Of a stretch of 64,000 nucleotides of DNA, positions 35,154 to 48,419 are shown one piece after another. Source of the stretch: Malacoraja senta (taxonomy: Eukaryota). How positions within the stretch are numbered: position 1 is the stretch's first letter; each line of letters opens with the position of its first letter. A program made the position numbers and the translations under genes. Under the pieces are notes generated by a model. The model was not told the origin of the DNA, did no database searches, and saw only the letters and a program-made list of their open reading frames with translations. The DNA lies in contig CM075977.1 of the NCBI GenBank assembly GCA_038087875.1, positions 333,560,001 to 333,624,000 on the forward strand, written 5' to 3'.

Positions 35154-36174
35154 AGGTACACAAAAATGCTGGAGAAACTCAGCGGGTGCAGCAGCATCTA
35201 TGGAGCAAAGGAAATAGGCAACGTTTCGAGCCGAAACCCTTCTTCAGACTGATGGGGGGGGGGGGAGAAAAAAGGAAAAAGGAGGAGGAGGAGCCGAGGG
35301 CTGAGGGCTGAGGGAGGGATAGGAAGGGGAGGAGACAGCAGGGGCTAACAAAATAGGGAGAATTCAATGTTCATGCCCCCAGGATGCAGACTCCCCAAGC
35401 GGAACATGAGGTGCTGTCCCTCCAATTTCCGGTGTTGCTTGCTCTGGCCATGGAGGAGACCCAGGGGTCGGATACGGATACGGGAGTTGAAGTGCTGAGC
35501 CACCGGGAGGTCAGGTTGTTTTTTTGCGGACCGAGCGGAGGTGTTCGGCGAAACGATCACCGAACACCTCCGCTCTCACCGCCGGACTCTCCGGACTCTC
35601 TTCTCTCCAGCTTGGTCTCACCGATGTAGATCAGCTGACATCTAGAGCAGCGGATGCAATAGATGAGGTTTTAGGAGATGCAGGTGAACCTCTGTCGCAC
35701 CTGGAACGACTGCTTGGGTCCTTGAATGGAGTCGAGGGAGGAGGTAAAGGGACAAGTGTAGCGTCTCTTGCGGTTGCAAGGGTAAGTGCCTGGAGTGGGG
35801 GTAGTATGGGAGGGAAGGGAAGAATTGACAAGGGAGTTACGGAGGGAGCGGTCTTTGCGGAAGGCAGACATGGGGGGAGACGGGAAGATGTGGCGAGTGG
35901 TGGGGTCACGTTGGAGGTGGCGAAACTGACAGAGGATTACTTGTTGTATGTGACGGCTGGTGGGGTGAAAGGTGAGGACTAGGGGGACTCTGCCCTTGTT
36001 GCGAGTGGGGGGATGGGGAGAGAGAGCAGTGTTGCGGGGTATGGAAGAGACCCTTGTGCGAGCCTCGTCTATGGTGCAGGAGGGGAACCCCTGTTCCCTG
36101 AAGAATGAGGACATTACAGATGCCCTGGTGTGGAACGCCTCATCCTGGGAGCAGATGCGGCATAGACGGAGGAA
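35154..36174 (-). mobile_element. Penelope-like element (Neptune-type linker), 5'-truncated, GIY-YIG region and 3' pLTR
   Basis: VPLVLTFHP, Cys linker PCNRKRRYTC, IYCIRC..YIGET, HFNS, LGSLHPGGMNIEFS; 13-bp TSD TTGGTATTATTGT at 35141-35153 and 36175-36187. Confidence 0.92.
35220..35247 (-). ncRNA. Minimal type I hammerhead-like motif in the PLE 3' repeat
   Basis: CUGAAGA-A-GGGUU(UC)GGCUC-GAAA-CGUU; minimal hammerheads with a palindromic helix III remnant are known in PLE pLTRs; helix I pairing is weak here. Confidence 0.55.
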
Positions 36175-36459
36175 TTGGTATTATTGTTATTGGTGCTGAC
36201 ATCAACCATCTCTGTAGATCATTATAATGTTATTAAATTAGCTATACAGGCTCCTAAATTATTTGATTGATGTTATGTGTGTCGAGATAGATTTTATTGC
36301 TCTGTTCTGCCCTACTCTGATGCCAGAGAGGAGAAACACACCAGAGGTATGCCCAGTTCACAATGCCTTTTTTTCTGAATTGGGGTGTATTGGATCATCA
36401 TGGGGCTTTTTGATGCAGCTGAAAGATTAGTAGGTGAAACATACAAATCAATGCATTGT

Positions 36460-37250
36460 AAAATGTAGATGTCAGGCGATACTCTGTTCCCTGTGATGGA
36501 GGAGATATTGAAAAAGGGGAGAGATATATATGAGATAGTCCAAGTGAATTTGTGGGCAGGGTGAAATGTAGTAGTTGAAGAATTCAACATGTTCTGTGGA
36601 GGGGAGTAGGGGGGTGGGGGTGCAGATAGCAGCCCCAATGCCGTCGTCAGTGTGGCTGAGAAAGAGTTGGACAATGCTACCAGGGTACATTTAGAACAAG
36701 GACTGTTCAATATAACGCAACAAGAGGCAGGTAAAACTAGGGCTCATGCAATTGCCCATGGCTACACATTTCACCTGAATAAAGTGAGAGGAGTTAAGAG
36801 TAGTTCTCAAGGGGAGGGCAGTGGGGACAGGTTTTGTCAGGTGAAGGAGAGTGTTAGCTGAGGGGAACTAATTGGGTCTCTGTTCAAGGACGAGCCAGAG
36901 GGCCATGAGGCCTTACTGATGGGGAATGGAGGTGTAAAGGGATTGGACATCCATGGTAGATGAGCGGATGAGGGTCTAAGAATTGAAAGTTATTGAAGTG
37001 TTGAAGACTGGAAAAGAAGAGGCAAGTTAAAATCAAGATATTTGGAGATGAGTTCGGTGGGGCAGGAGCAGGCAGAAACAATGGGTCTGACAGGACAGTC
37101 CTGCTTGTGGATTTTGGGAAGGAATTGAAGGGCAGTCTGGGGTTGGGGAACTGTAAGGGTGGAAGCTGTGGAGGGAAGATCACAATGAGATTGCCATTTG
37201 TCTGGGAGTTGGCATCCTGATGTTTGTCGGTGGAGTTATGGTCAAGGTTA
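36460..37250 (-). mobile_element. Older Penelope-like RT fragment
   Basis: Decayed PIVSACSCPTELISKYLD, MDVQSLY, GVAMG, TDDGIGAA, HPAHKFTWTIS; lies outside the TSD of the neighbouring PLE, so a separate copy. Confidence 0.8.
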
Positions 37251-38571
37251 GGTATGATCTGTACTGATTTTTATTGTTTTCTTTTCCTTTGCTAAATGGA
37301 GAAACAATCAGTTTCAATTTATTCTTTGCTTAAGAACACAGCTGAGACTAAAAACTCATTGCAAGAGTAAATAATAAGTTCCATGCAATTTGAAATATTT
37401 ATAATCTAGATTTTGAAATAATTTATACTCGGGAATTTAGACCACCAATATAGTGTACTATAATCATACCAAACAATAGAAAATAAAATATTTCTTACGA
37501 TACTTTTTTGAAAGTGACAATACGAAAGTAAGTATAGTGGAACGCCTCCCAAATGGACCAGTTAAGAGATTGATAATGCTTGCTTCTTTTTTCCCCTGCA
37601 ATTCTGAATTGTAATTCTTTGAGGTACTTAAAAAAAAATGCTCACGATCATTTTTGAAGCGCAAACATAGAGAATGGAAGAAAACTATTTGCATTTCTTT
37701 ATGATAGTTAAAGTAAATTACAACAAAAACCCTTCAAAGGAATATGTTATCCATAGAATTGGTCTAATTTTACCTAGTGTATTTTTAAAATCCTCATGAT
37801 CTATCCATGTGATATGCCAGATGGAAACTAGATAAGAATTAACAGAAATAAATACCACCTAATCTGTGTAATATCTCCCGTTTTATGTTTATAATTAAGT
37901 TCTGGTGAAGTACCTTTTAAAAATAGGCTGACGTGTCTGAGTTAAATTCTATCACCTGCCATTTAGGAAGTAAATTGAATAAAAGTATAAATAATTATGC
38001 AAGGCTTAAACCTACTACTATCACAATAGGTCAAATGACAAATAAATGTAATTGATCATCAACAGAAAAATAGTAAAATACTTTGAAAATCAAATTACTA
38101 TGAAGACATCATAATCTAAAAGGAAGAGGATGTTTTTCCCCCCCACCAAGTTAATGCTGTATCCCCAGAAATTAATCAGTCATGGGTGGAAACATCACAA
38201 AGGCCACAGAGATCATGTAAAATTAGCTTTTTCACTGCCAACCCTTTCAAAGAAAATTATGACCTAAACAATTTGACAAGAAAACTGCACCTGCATTTAG
38301 TTAAATGTATTATGGCTAAGATAAAAAGAGTTGTAGCCATAATGTGCCAAAAGTTCACATCATGACTGACTAGTTATTGATTCAAGACGTAACAGTCTAT
38401 CAGTCTGTGGTATTATAGATTTTTTGATGACACTTTGAGGAGGATGATAAAAGCTGATCTCTCATAAGATTCATTTCTAAAAGAAAAATGGTCACTCTAT
38501 GAATGATGGAATGTATGTTTGTAATGCCACTTAACTGTTTTCCTACCTAAGAAATTGTTGAGCGACCTTTT

Positions 38572-38653
38572 TAGAAACATAGAAAATAGGTGCAGGAGTA
38601 GGCCATTCGGCCTTTCGAGGCTGCACCGCCATTCAATATGATTATGGCTGATC
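38572..38653 (-). mobile_element. CR1 3' tail
   Basis: Reverse complement of the tail at 29680-29760. Confidence 0.85.
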
Positions 38654-41343
38654 TTTTCTATACTGAAAGAAAAGTTTAACATTTTTATAGAAACTATAAA
38701 ATAATTTATAACCCATGAATTAATGTTGTAAAATAATAGAATACTTTTGCTATAAATTATATATGAGGGACAGCAGTGTATATTCTGAAAATTGTACAAG
38801 TAATCAGATACATGCTGGATCTTGTTTTCAGATATTCTAATTATAAATTCATATCACAAATATGCAATAAATATTAAACTAACCTTCTATTTATTGTATT
38901 TCTTGAAAAAGTTTAAATAGAAAATAAGTTTGACATAACTAGCTGCAGTGACACAACAATATATCTTTTTTATATAAACTAGGCCATGTGATGGGGAATT
39001 CATATTAACGTATAGGTGTAAGTTGTTTATTACTATCCATGATGGCAATGCCCTTTTAAATAACATTTAATCTAATTAACCCACAGAGAAATTTGTCTCC
39101 TGCATTTCCTCCTACTAAGTAATTCTGATTATAAAGATGGAGTGTTTTTTGAAGAAATATCAATTCCATTATCGAATGATTGAACAAGGAGTTTAAAAGT
39201 ATAAATATTTCACTATTTGTCATTGCATTTTGAATTTACCTGCGTTTTGAGCAAATTGATTCAACCGAGAGGGGGTTAGAATGTGTGATTAATTTTCCAC
39301 CGCAAACATGCCTAGTTTATGTTTAACAAACGAACAGCAGTTTTCTGCGTAAAAATCACGGATTGCCAATCTCAGTTGCCAACTGGGCAAAGTAACACCC
39401 TGTACCTTGTTTACACTTGTGTCCAGAATGATCGTAATGGTCCTACTTCACAAGATGCATAGTTCTGCAGTGTTTACACTTGCTGACCTAATCTTGGAAC
39501 CTAATCTTGCAGGCATTCGAAAGAGATGGCAAATGACCAATTCTCTATTAATTTGAGTCATGTGCTGTGGATCAAAGGACAATACAGTTGTTGAATTAAT
39601 ACAATCCGAGACACATTCTGTAAATTTAGGAACGGGGATGATAAATATTTTTTACCAATGACATTGATTCCATTCTGACATGAATGATGCTCATGTACTG
39701 ACAAACAAGTGGACTAGACTTTGGGAATTTACAAGAGAGGGAACTGTGTTGTTCATCTGTTCACAGGAAATCTCAGATTAATTTGTATAAAATGTCCCTG
39801 CATCCTGTTTCATTTTGGATATTTTCTTAAATGGTTTTCAGGGTGACAAAAGATTTGTGAAGAAATAAAATGATGGAATAATATGCAGTTTGATGTTTAA
39901 CTTACTGCTAAATTGTACTATTCTACAACTTCCAATATCAGAACAATACAATTCTCATTTTTATGCAACCTTAGCTATCTAGCCAGTGGTGATTCTCATC
40001 CATCATACCCAATAATTCAAATTTTATTCCAAAAGTTAGTATCATCTGTTATTGGGAAACACATTTAGATATGGTAACCATCTGTAAACACATAACTTAC
40101 ATGAGAAAATGATATTGAGTAGCGCAAAACGAAAGTGCATTCAATTGACCGTTTTCCCCCCTCCAAATACATTGCTGACACAGTGAATGGGTAGAACAAT
40201 GTTGTTGATGTATACTTAGCTAAGCACTCCTAAAATCTATGTTGATAGGGAATGAAATTGATTAGCAAATTGATTTAAATAAGAAACAGGAGATAGTCAT
40301 TGATGGGAACTTTAGAGATTAAAAAGAAGTTATGGGCAGGGTATCAAGCATCTGTCTGCAGACTGTTAACTCATCATATAATAGATTGACAAATATCATT
40401 AAGAGTCACGTCCAAGATTATAAATGACAAAATAGGAAGTGGGCCAAATAGTGTAACTAACTTCCAAAATATCTTAATCTTTATGGTAACTGGGTTAGAA
40501 CATAGGAGTTGTAAATCATTGTGGGAGTAGGGGACCAATAAAAAGGGTCAATATTAAATGTAGTACTTTTTGAATGGCTAGTTATTATAAAGGATTGTAC
40601 TATTCTGAATGGCTTCGCAGTTGAGCGTGAAAATAGATCCTGGGAATGAAGCCCGTGAAATATTTGGAGATATGAAAGAAGTTGGGCCCATTTATTTAGG
40701 AAAACAAACCTAGTGACAGTTTATAATTAAAATAGTAATTAGCAAATAAAGATTGAACCATGCAAATGATTTGTAATTGTTGAGGTTGAATAAATGTCAC
40801 TATACCTACCAACTGAAATGAATGATTAAAATGTGAATTGGCGTGATTCATTGGCATTGGCATGAATATAAACTGAAGTTAATCCCAGAACAAAACCACA
40901 AATATTGTGAAACCAGGAATGACTGATAATTTATAATTCTGAATTTTCTCTGCCACTGGACACTACATAGAATCTACTGGTAGGACTTAGTCTTGCTGAG
41001 ATTCTCTGGCTTGTGAATCACAGCTTGTCTCCTGCCACAGTTTAGACCTGGGGAAGGATCTGAAAACACATGGGTCTCAACAAATTTTACAGATAAAGAT
41101 TGAGGAGGCAACATAAAATTATGTTGACCACTTTTAACCTATTTCACCTAATTTAATGCTTTTACTTATTTTACCTAAGTTTGTCTTTTTCTGAACTTTA
41201 TTTATTTTTAATCAGAATTGGTAACCTTTTTTCTTTTATTATTTATTTTAATAATAATAGTAATTTAAAATATATTGCAGCTTTAGCAGAAAATAAATGT
41301 CCTCTATCAGCATTGATTTCTGTCATGGGTATTTTGCATGCAG

Positions 41344-41452
41344 GGGGCTTTGACTGCCCTGTGCCATTCACGACACTGTCACTATCTGGATGTGACTGCT
41401 GGATTCCAGGGTGCAGAGGTTCAAGAAAATATGTTCTTCACATCTGCTCCAG
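41344..41452 (+). other. Candidate internal or alternative exon
   Basis: Consensus donor CAG|GTAAGT (GT at 41453) in non-repetitive DNA; acceptor uncertain (41343 or 41280). Confidence 0.3.
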
Positions 41453-42502
41453 GTAAGTACAAGTGGGCTGAGTCTGCGAGCAGCAATTCTATCCATTATG
41501 TCATTGGGAGGGCTGGCTCCCAGGTGATTGTCAGGGATTTAGATGAACTGCAGGATCTCTCTGAGTGGAAATGAGCAGCTCTGCATTTGAAAGGCCTCGA
41601 CAGCTGGTGAGGTTGTGCTCCCAAGCTCATCGGCTGTCAGGGTGGTTACTGATCTCTTCTAAGTTACACTTTCTCAGTCTATCTCCTAAAAGTGGCTCTG
41701 GATTTCTTGGCAAAGATGTTCCCATTCTAAAACTAAGCAGAAAAACTGCTGTAGTTCCAACTCCTGATTAATAAACCAGGACAGTTGCCAGAAAGTGTCT
41801 ACACATTGATGATAAGTGTGGCCCAGATCAGGGTTGACTCCGATGTCCTCCAACAATCACAAACATCTTCGCTCACGTGGTCAGTTCATTGACGCACGAG
41901 TGACTGCCTTAGAGTAAGCAAAGACAAAGGAAGGAGTATTGTATAGCAGATTGAGGGTGGTAATAAATGATTCGCTGTATGGTTTAAAGAATGTATTCCT
42001 TTAGTTTAAAAGCAGAATTACAGCCAGTTCAAAAAACTGAAAGTGGGAAAAGATAACCATGAAGAGAACATTTAACTGTGCAGGCTGCAGGAATATTTGA
42101 ATTTCAGACTTAACTTGGATTCGTAAATTTCCATTTATACCTGTTATATAGTTCCTGCTTAATAACTGCATGTAATTCTGGAACCCAATGATATGCCTCC
42201 AGTTATTCATGTTTACAAAGCAAAATTTACTATTTGGCAAAATACAGATTTTTAATTGCATTGGCAATTGAACAAAAATTGCATACTTTTAACAAATTTG
42301 GTTATTATATTTGAATGGTAGAAATTTCTCTCATTAGTAGCCAGTGAGACTATCACGAGTGATTCATTATTCCAAGAGTCCATGCATTGAAATTGATAAC
42401 TTGGAGAATGGATCATTTATTTATTAATAGGTATGGGATGTCAAGCCGTGATAGAGCTATTTCACCACGCAACTGGGAAAGATAACTTTCATCAGAGACT
42501 GA

Positions 42503-42828
42503 GCAGCAGGGTGGTGCAGCAGTAGAGTTGCAGCATTACAGCACTTGTAACGCCGGAGACCCAGGTTCGATCCCGACTACGGGGGCTGTCTGTACGTAGT
42601 TTGTACTTTCACCCCGTGACCGCATGGGTTTTCCCCGAGATCTTTGGTTTCCTCCCACACTCCAAAGATGTACAGGTACGGAGGTAAATTGGTTTGGTAA
42701 ATGTAAAAATTGTCCCTAGTGTGTAGGATTGTTCTAATATGCAGGGATCGCTGGTCGGCGTGGACCCGGTGAGACAAAGGGCCTGTTTCTGCGCTGTATC
42801 TCTAAATTAAACTAAACTAAACTAAACT
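42503..42828 (+). mobile_element. Near full-length tRNA-derived V-SINE (HE1-like)
   Basis: A box GTGGTGCAGCAGTAG, B box GGTTCGATCCC, core GGTTTCCTCCCACACTCCAAAGA, CR1 tail and (CTAAA)n. Confidence 0.92.
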
Positions 42829-45800
42829 TACTTGCCCTCATCTCCCTGCTCTCCAAGTGTGTCTTGTTAGACTGGCTGTGGACACGGATTGGTGGTGAGT
42901 CAGAGAGAGAGAAAGCCGCAAGACTGCCCTGCCAGTGGTGAACTATGTAATGCAATTAGAGGACTATGTGTGGTGAATCAACAGGTCCGTGCCTGCCCTG
43001 AGGTGTCAAAGCTCTGAGGAAAAATGCTAGTAAATGCTGGCTATTGCATGTTTAACTGCTGGCTTGCCTTCTGAAGATCTGGTTCAATAAATATTATTGG
43101 TTAACAAAAAGTAACTGCACTCATATGAACGTATTAAATGGGATGAGCAAGGGTTATTTCCTTTTGGTTTGTTTTTTCCTTTTTTTTTTCTATTTTTGGT
43201 ATTGGTTTATTGATTTACGATTGTCGTGTGTACCAAGATACAGTGAAAAAATGTTGATTGCGTTCTATCCAATTGGATCACACTATCCATGAGTACAATT
43301 TGATGAAGCTTATAAATGTGTTTTGACTCCATGCTATCCCTAAAAGGTATTTTTTTTAATCAAAACTGTTCCCCAAGGCAGATGGCAAAAAGCTTGTTGA
43401 ATAGTTTTAGCTCATCAAGTATCTACACAACATTTCTTATATTTGAATAACTGTCAAGCTACATTTGAGAGTTACTCTGGCATTTCGATAGAAAGCTCAA
43501 CCAATCTTACAGTAAGTGTTCATTTGTACTTGCCTTGGCTTCTCTCTCAAATACTAGATGATTGACATGCCTTTACATATTGTTGTCAGGCTAGAGATAT
43601 AATTCAAACAAGATGGGCTTTTAAGCAGTTTCACACAGAAATTCTATCTTAGAGGACTGGGGAAGTCTGTCACAGAACCTGCAGGGTTGGTGTCAGAGTG
43701 CAGTTTATGGATGATTGGATGGGATAATTGGGATTGGAGCAACCATCAAGATTGGAGTAGACATGCTGGCTAGAAGCGTGGGGTAGCGGAGTCAGGGATA
43801 GCATCTGAGGGAAGGTGTAGTTAAATGAGGAGGCAGTGCCAATGGTCAAGGCTAGATTGGGAGCACAGGCATCAGAGTGAGGGTGTTTGGAAATTGAAAC
43901 ATTGGCAGTGGGAAGCACAGTACTGAGTTATGAAATTCAAGATGTTAGAGGACAACTAAACTTCTTCAGTGTTCCCTGACACTTAAAGGAAAACTTATGA
44001 ACGACTATTTTAATTTATGAAATGGAGATCAATCAGAAGCATTTAACTGACCTTCTGCTTGTACTACACAGATTACATAAGCTCCCAGGATTTGATTATT
44101 AGTTTACCCTCTTTGTCAGATTATAAAATCAATACGGTTGCGTATTGTCTATCTGTTAACTTTTTTAATGGGAAGTTTGTTCATATTTTAATATCAGGCA
44201 TGTTATTATTGTATGTACAAAGCATTGCATTTTATTAATTCTTGAATTTATATTGGAAGTCCTATCTTTTTGCCTGTTAAAAAATCTACAATTATGACAA
44301 ATAAATGAAAATATGAAGTATTAAAGTCATTTAGTTCCAGCATGTCAGATGCAGTGCTGTTTCACCATTTGTGCATTTTACATTGTAATAAATTACACTA
44401 ATCCTGCATTGAAGGAGCCAGATGAAGAATAAACCTTAAACTGATATTTTGTCTCTATACATTATAAATTGGTATTTGGGGTTTGCTTAATCATACATTT
44501 TAATCAATAGCTTCAATCTGTAAAATGTATATCTCGGCTTGAAATTTTCCACCTTTTAGACAGGTGGGAAACTTGTTTAAATTCCCATTGCAAGTCCCAG
44601 AGATCAGGGTTAATTGTACCACCTGGATCACACTAACTCATTATGACAGAGCATGAAAGATGGAGGTTTAAGATCATAAGGGAAACAATCTCTGTAATTG
44701 GACCATCAGGCCTGTTTTGCAAGAAAATAGCGATGGCAGCAAAGCCCACAATGAATTAAGCCAAGCATGATTTAGTTGCAAATATATTGCTTAACATCAC
44801 AATTAGTTGACAAGATGCAATATTCAATTCTGCAGAAAATAGGGATCCTGTTTGAAATATCCATAATAATTTAATTTTATAAAATTATGAAACAGTAATT
44901 TAACATAGCTTCAGGTTCCCTGGTGGGTATATATATCACTTTGTTACAGAGATAAAATACGTATTCTTTAACAACGGGTGTTTAAATAATCAGCAAAACA
45001 GCAAAAGCAATTGAATTCCCGAAGTAAACATGAGTACATTGCTTGGTCATTCTTTCTTTACAAAAAAAGTGAAATGCTACAGATTAGAGAGAGAGATTAA
45101 AGCAATATTTCCTGAATTATAAATATATTCAGTAAAGAAAATCAAAAATTATTTTAAGTACATAGGTTTGCCATTTTGAAGCTACAGTACCAAATAATAA
45201 ATTAAGATTTCAATCTGGTTCAAAGACCATGTGAATAGTGCCAGATATTAATGGAATGTATCCTGATGGCACTGAGAGACAAAATTAATAAATTAGTATT
45301 GTCCAAGCAACACTCAACCTGAGATTTCAGCAATATTTTGTTTGACAAAGAAAGGGGTGAACTTTTAAGCATTTGTAAATATTAATATTAAGAAGAGCAT
45401 ATGCACTAGTGCATGCCCCAATTTACTGAGATTCATAAATCAAGTTTTGTTTGTGATTCTTAACAAAATAAACAACAATGTACAGATTTTAGAACATCTG
45501 TGATAATTTACTATTGATGTTTCCTATGTTGGATATAAGCTTTGTAGGTGCACTTAACTCAAAACTTCATATTTCCCAGTGGACTTCAGAAAGAGCTATT
45601 TTTTTTTTAAATTCCGGTTCAGTGAAATGCCTTTCAGGGAATCAGTGCAAGCCACACTGCAATGTTCTATTAACTATTGTAAGTCTCCAAGCAATTTCTG
45701 GTTGGTTTCTGAAGCTTTTCATTTTCTAAACAGCATGATGGGCATCTATCCTTTTGAAGAAGATTGTTTCCTTCAAAATGGATAAGTCATGCTCCATGAT

Positions 45801-47750
45801 TAAAAACAACAAAAACACTTGAAGATCTCATAAAGGGAAAACAAAATTCTGGCTACTGTTTGCTTTCATTCATAGATGTTTTAACATCATTACATAATAT
45901 GTACCATTATCTCTCCACCATTCATGCAATTGCATTGGGCTAATTAAACTTAATTTGTTATTAAAGGAAACTACTTGGTTATTGAGAAGATTATTTTCAT
46001 ATATTTTAACCTCTAGTTCAGAGAGTGATTCTTTTTTTTCTTTTTGAAACAGTATTCTCTCCATATGTTTTGTGTCTCAATTAATGAGAAAATACTTGTT
46101 TTCCAAAACCATATACCTTACAACTCAGGACTGTACCTTTTATAGCATTGTCAGGACCACTGTAGAATATGAAGACCTTAGCTCCCCCCACCCGCCCCAT
46201 ATTTCTAAGGGCTTTGAAATTGTGCAAAATAAACATAGAATGACAATATTTCATTATGGCTATTGTATATATTTTCAAAACTTTAGCATCCATAATTGAT
46301 TTGGATAAATTCAGCATAAATTCAGCATCAGCATAAATACCTGTATACACATATATAATAGAAATATATTGTAACTGTATCCTCCTGTTCATAGTTTTTG
46401 GGTACCTCCATTTTACACTTCCAGCTTCACTTTGTTCACCATAAATTGCCCCATGTTCTGCAATTAAAAAAATTTATATATATATATATATATATATGCA
46501 TGCTTCCTACTTCCTTTGTCACAACGTTTGAAGATTTCTGCCTATTAACATTGTGCTAGGTTAGACCTGGTGCAAATATTGTGATCCCATTAAACAGAAA
46601 AGAAATTGTGTGCAGAAAGAAAGGGAAGTACACTTATTTTGTTTAATTACATTTTTTAAGTATCTGTATTTTAGTTCTTTAATATTTTGTGAAGTTTATT
46701 TTTAATTTTTACGACATTTTTTCTTTTTTTGTCTGCTGGTTTTGAATGTTTGTGACATTCACAAATATTCAATAACAAGACAAATGTGGCAGCATACAAA
46801 TGGGTAGCAAGGCTTCAGCATGTATCAAAACTGTTCTGATTGTCCAGGCAGCCTTCAGCATTGGGAGAGGGTCTCTGCTGCAGTGTGCTCTGCTGGCCTT
46901 CTCTTGGGAGCTTCATTAAGCAGGAGATTGTGCCCTGGAACCATCTGAAAGAAACAACGTAGTCCAAGGTTGATGGTCAACTATCTAGTGCTCAGCAAAC
47001 ATCTTTCTCATTATTCTACAATAAATACTATAGCTGCAAACTTGAACAAAAAAACATTGAATTGGCTTTTTTATCTTTCAGTTACCTGGTAATATCTTTT
47101 AGCTGCTGCTCTCTACCACCTTTCAAAGCCTGGACTTGAATTATACTTAGTTCTTTTGAATTTGCTTTCACACTCTTTCTGTAGTATTTGGTTAGTTCAC
47201 CGATTAAACATCTTTAGATAGCACTTAGTAGTTTCTGCTCAATCGTCCTTTGCTATTAATGGAGAAAATAAGCTGGAGGGAAAAACTTCAACATTTGATT
47301 TGCTGAAGTAAGTATTCAATTAAATAAAGGCTCGGACATGAGAAATAGCCCTAGTGTAATATATTAGGTTAATGATGGAGTATCTTTCATCCTTTTAATT
47401 TGAAGTAAAATTCTTAATAAACATAGTTAAAATTTGAAGTGATATAAAAACTCATTGGACTTGAGGGAGAATGAATCTCTAGATTTCTATGTTCCTGCAA
47501 TCTCTTTAAAGTTGTTCCATTTTACTATATTGGCTCTACATTTATCCTTTCATTACATATCATAGATTCATGGAGCTATAGGGTCATGCAGCAGAGCATC
47601 AGGCCCACCCACCTCTGCGGCAACCATTGCACCCACCTATACTAATCCCATTTACCCACATTAGGCCCATAACCATAACCACTTTACCGTGTCTTCACTG
47701 TTGGTGTTAGACTGGATTTGTGCTATTCCCTGTGATGTAAAAATTGTAAT

Positions 47751-47908
47751 CCTTTAATAGAAGATGGACACAAAATGCTGGAGTAACTCAGCAGGACAAG
47801 CAACATCTCTGAAGAACAGGAATGGGTGACGAAAGGGTCGAGACCCTTCTTCAGACCCTTCTTTAAATCTTTGGTTTAAACCAGCATCTGCAGTTCCTTC
47901 CTATATAT
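47751..47908. mobile_element. Short PLE-end element, centre deleted
   Basis: GACACAAAATGCTGGAGTAACTCAGC..GACCCTTCTTCAGAC then GGTTTAAACCAGCATCTGCAGTTCCTTCC; possible TSD TTGTAAT. Confidence 0.75.
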
Positions 47909-48203
47909 TTGTAATAATTTATTCTTATGACACCACTCCTATATCTAGGAATTATTTGAATAGTGTAGCTCTGCTCTCTTCACACAAACTTCCATCAGCA
48001 ATCTGTGGCTTGGATAACTTTTATACTTGGAGAGCTGCTACCTTCAGAAATATGTCTCTGGACTGAAATATTTTAAGACATTTATAGCTTGCTGATAGCT
48101 TTTGACATTCAGTCATCTCCTAAATCAAGGTGTTATCTACATACTCTGATGAACATTCTTCAGGCAACTCCACACAAATAGAAACTGATCATTTATCCTA
48201 CTG

Positions 48204-48419
48204 TTAGACACAAAATGCTGGAATAACTCAGCGGGACAGGCAGCATCTCTGGATGGAAGGAATAGGTGATGTTTCAGACTCAAGTCTGAAGAAGGGTCTC
48301 GACCCGAAATGTCACCCATTCCTTCTATCCAGAGATGCTGCCTGTCCCGCTGAGTTATTCCAGCATTTTGTGTCTTTCTTCGGTTTAAACCAGCATCTGC
48401 AGTTCCTTCCAACAGCATA
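48204..48419. mobile_element. Palindromic head-to-head PLE-end element with hammerhead-like core at 48286-48313
   Basis: ~65-bp near-perfect inverted arms; centre TTCAGACT-CA-AGTCTGAA; 10-bp TSD TATCCTACTG at 48194-48203 and 48420-48429. Confidence 0.88.

Noticed and set aside
36188-36459. Treating the PLE RT fragment and GIY-YIG fragment as one element
   Set aside because: The GIY-YIG copy has its own 13-bp TSD and is much less decayed
42503-42580. A/B-box sequence as a tRNA gene
   Set aside because: No complete cloverleaf; continues into SINE core and tail
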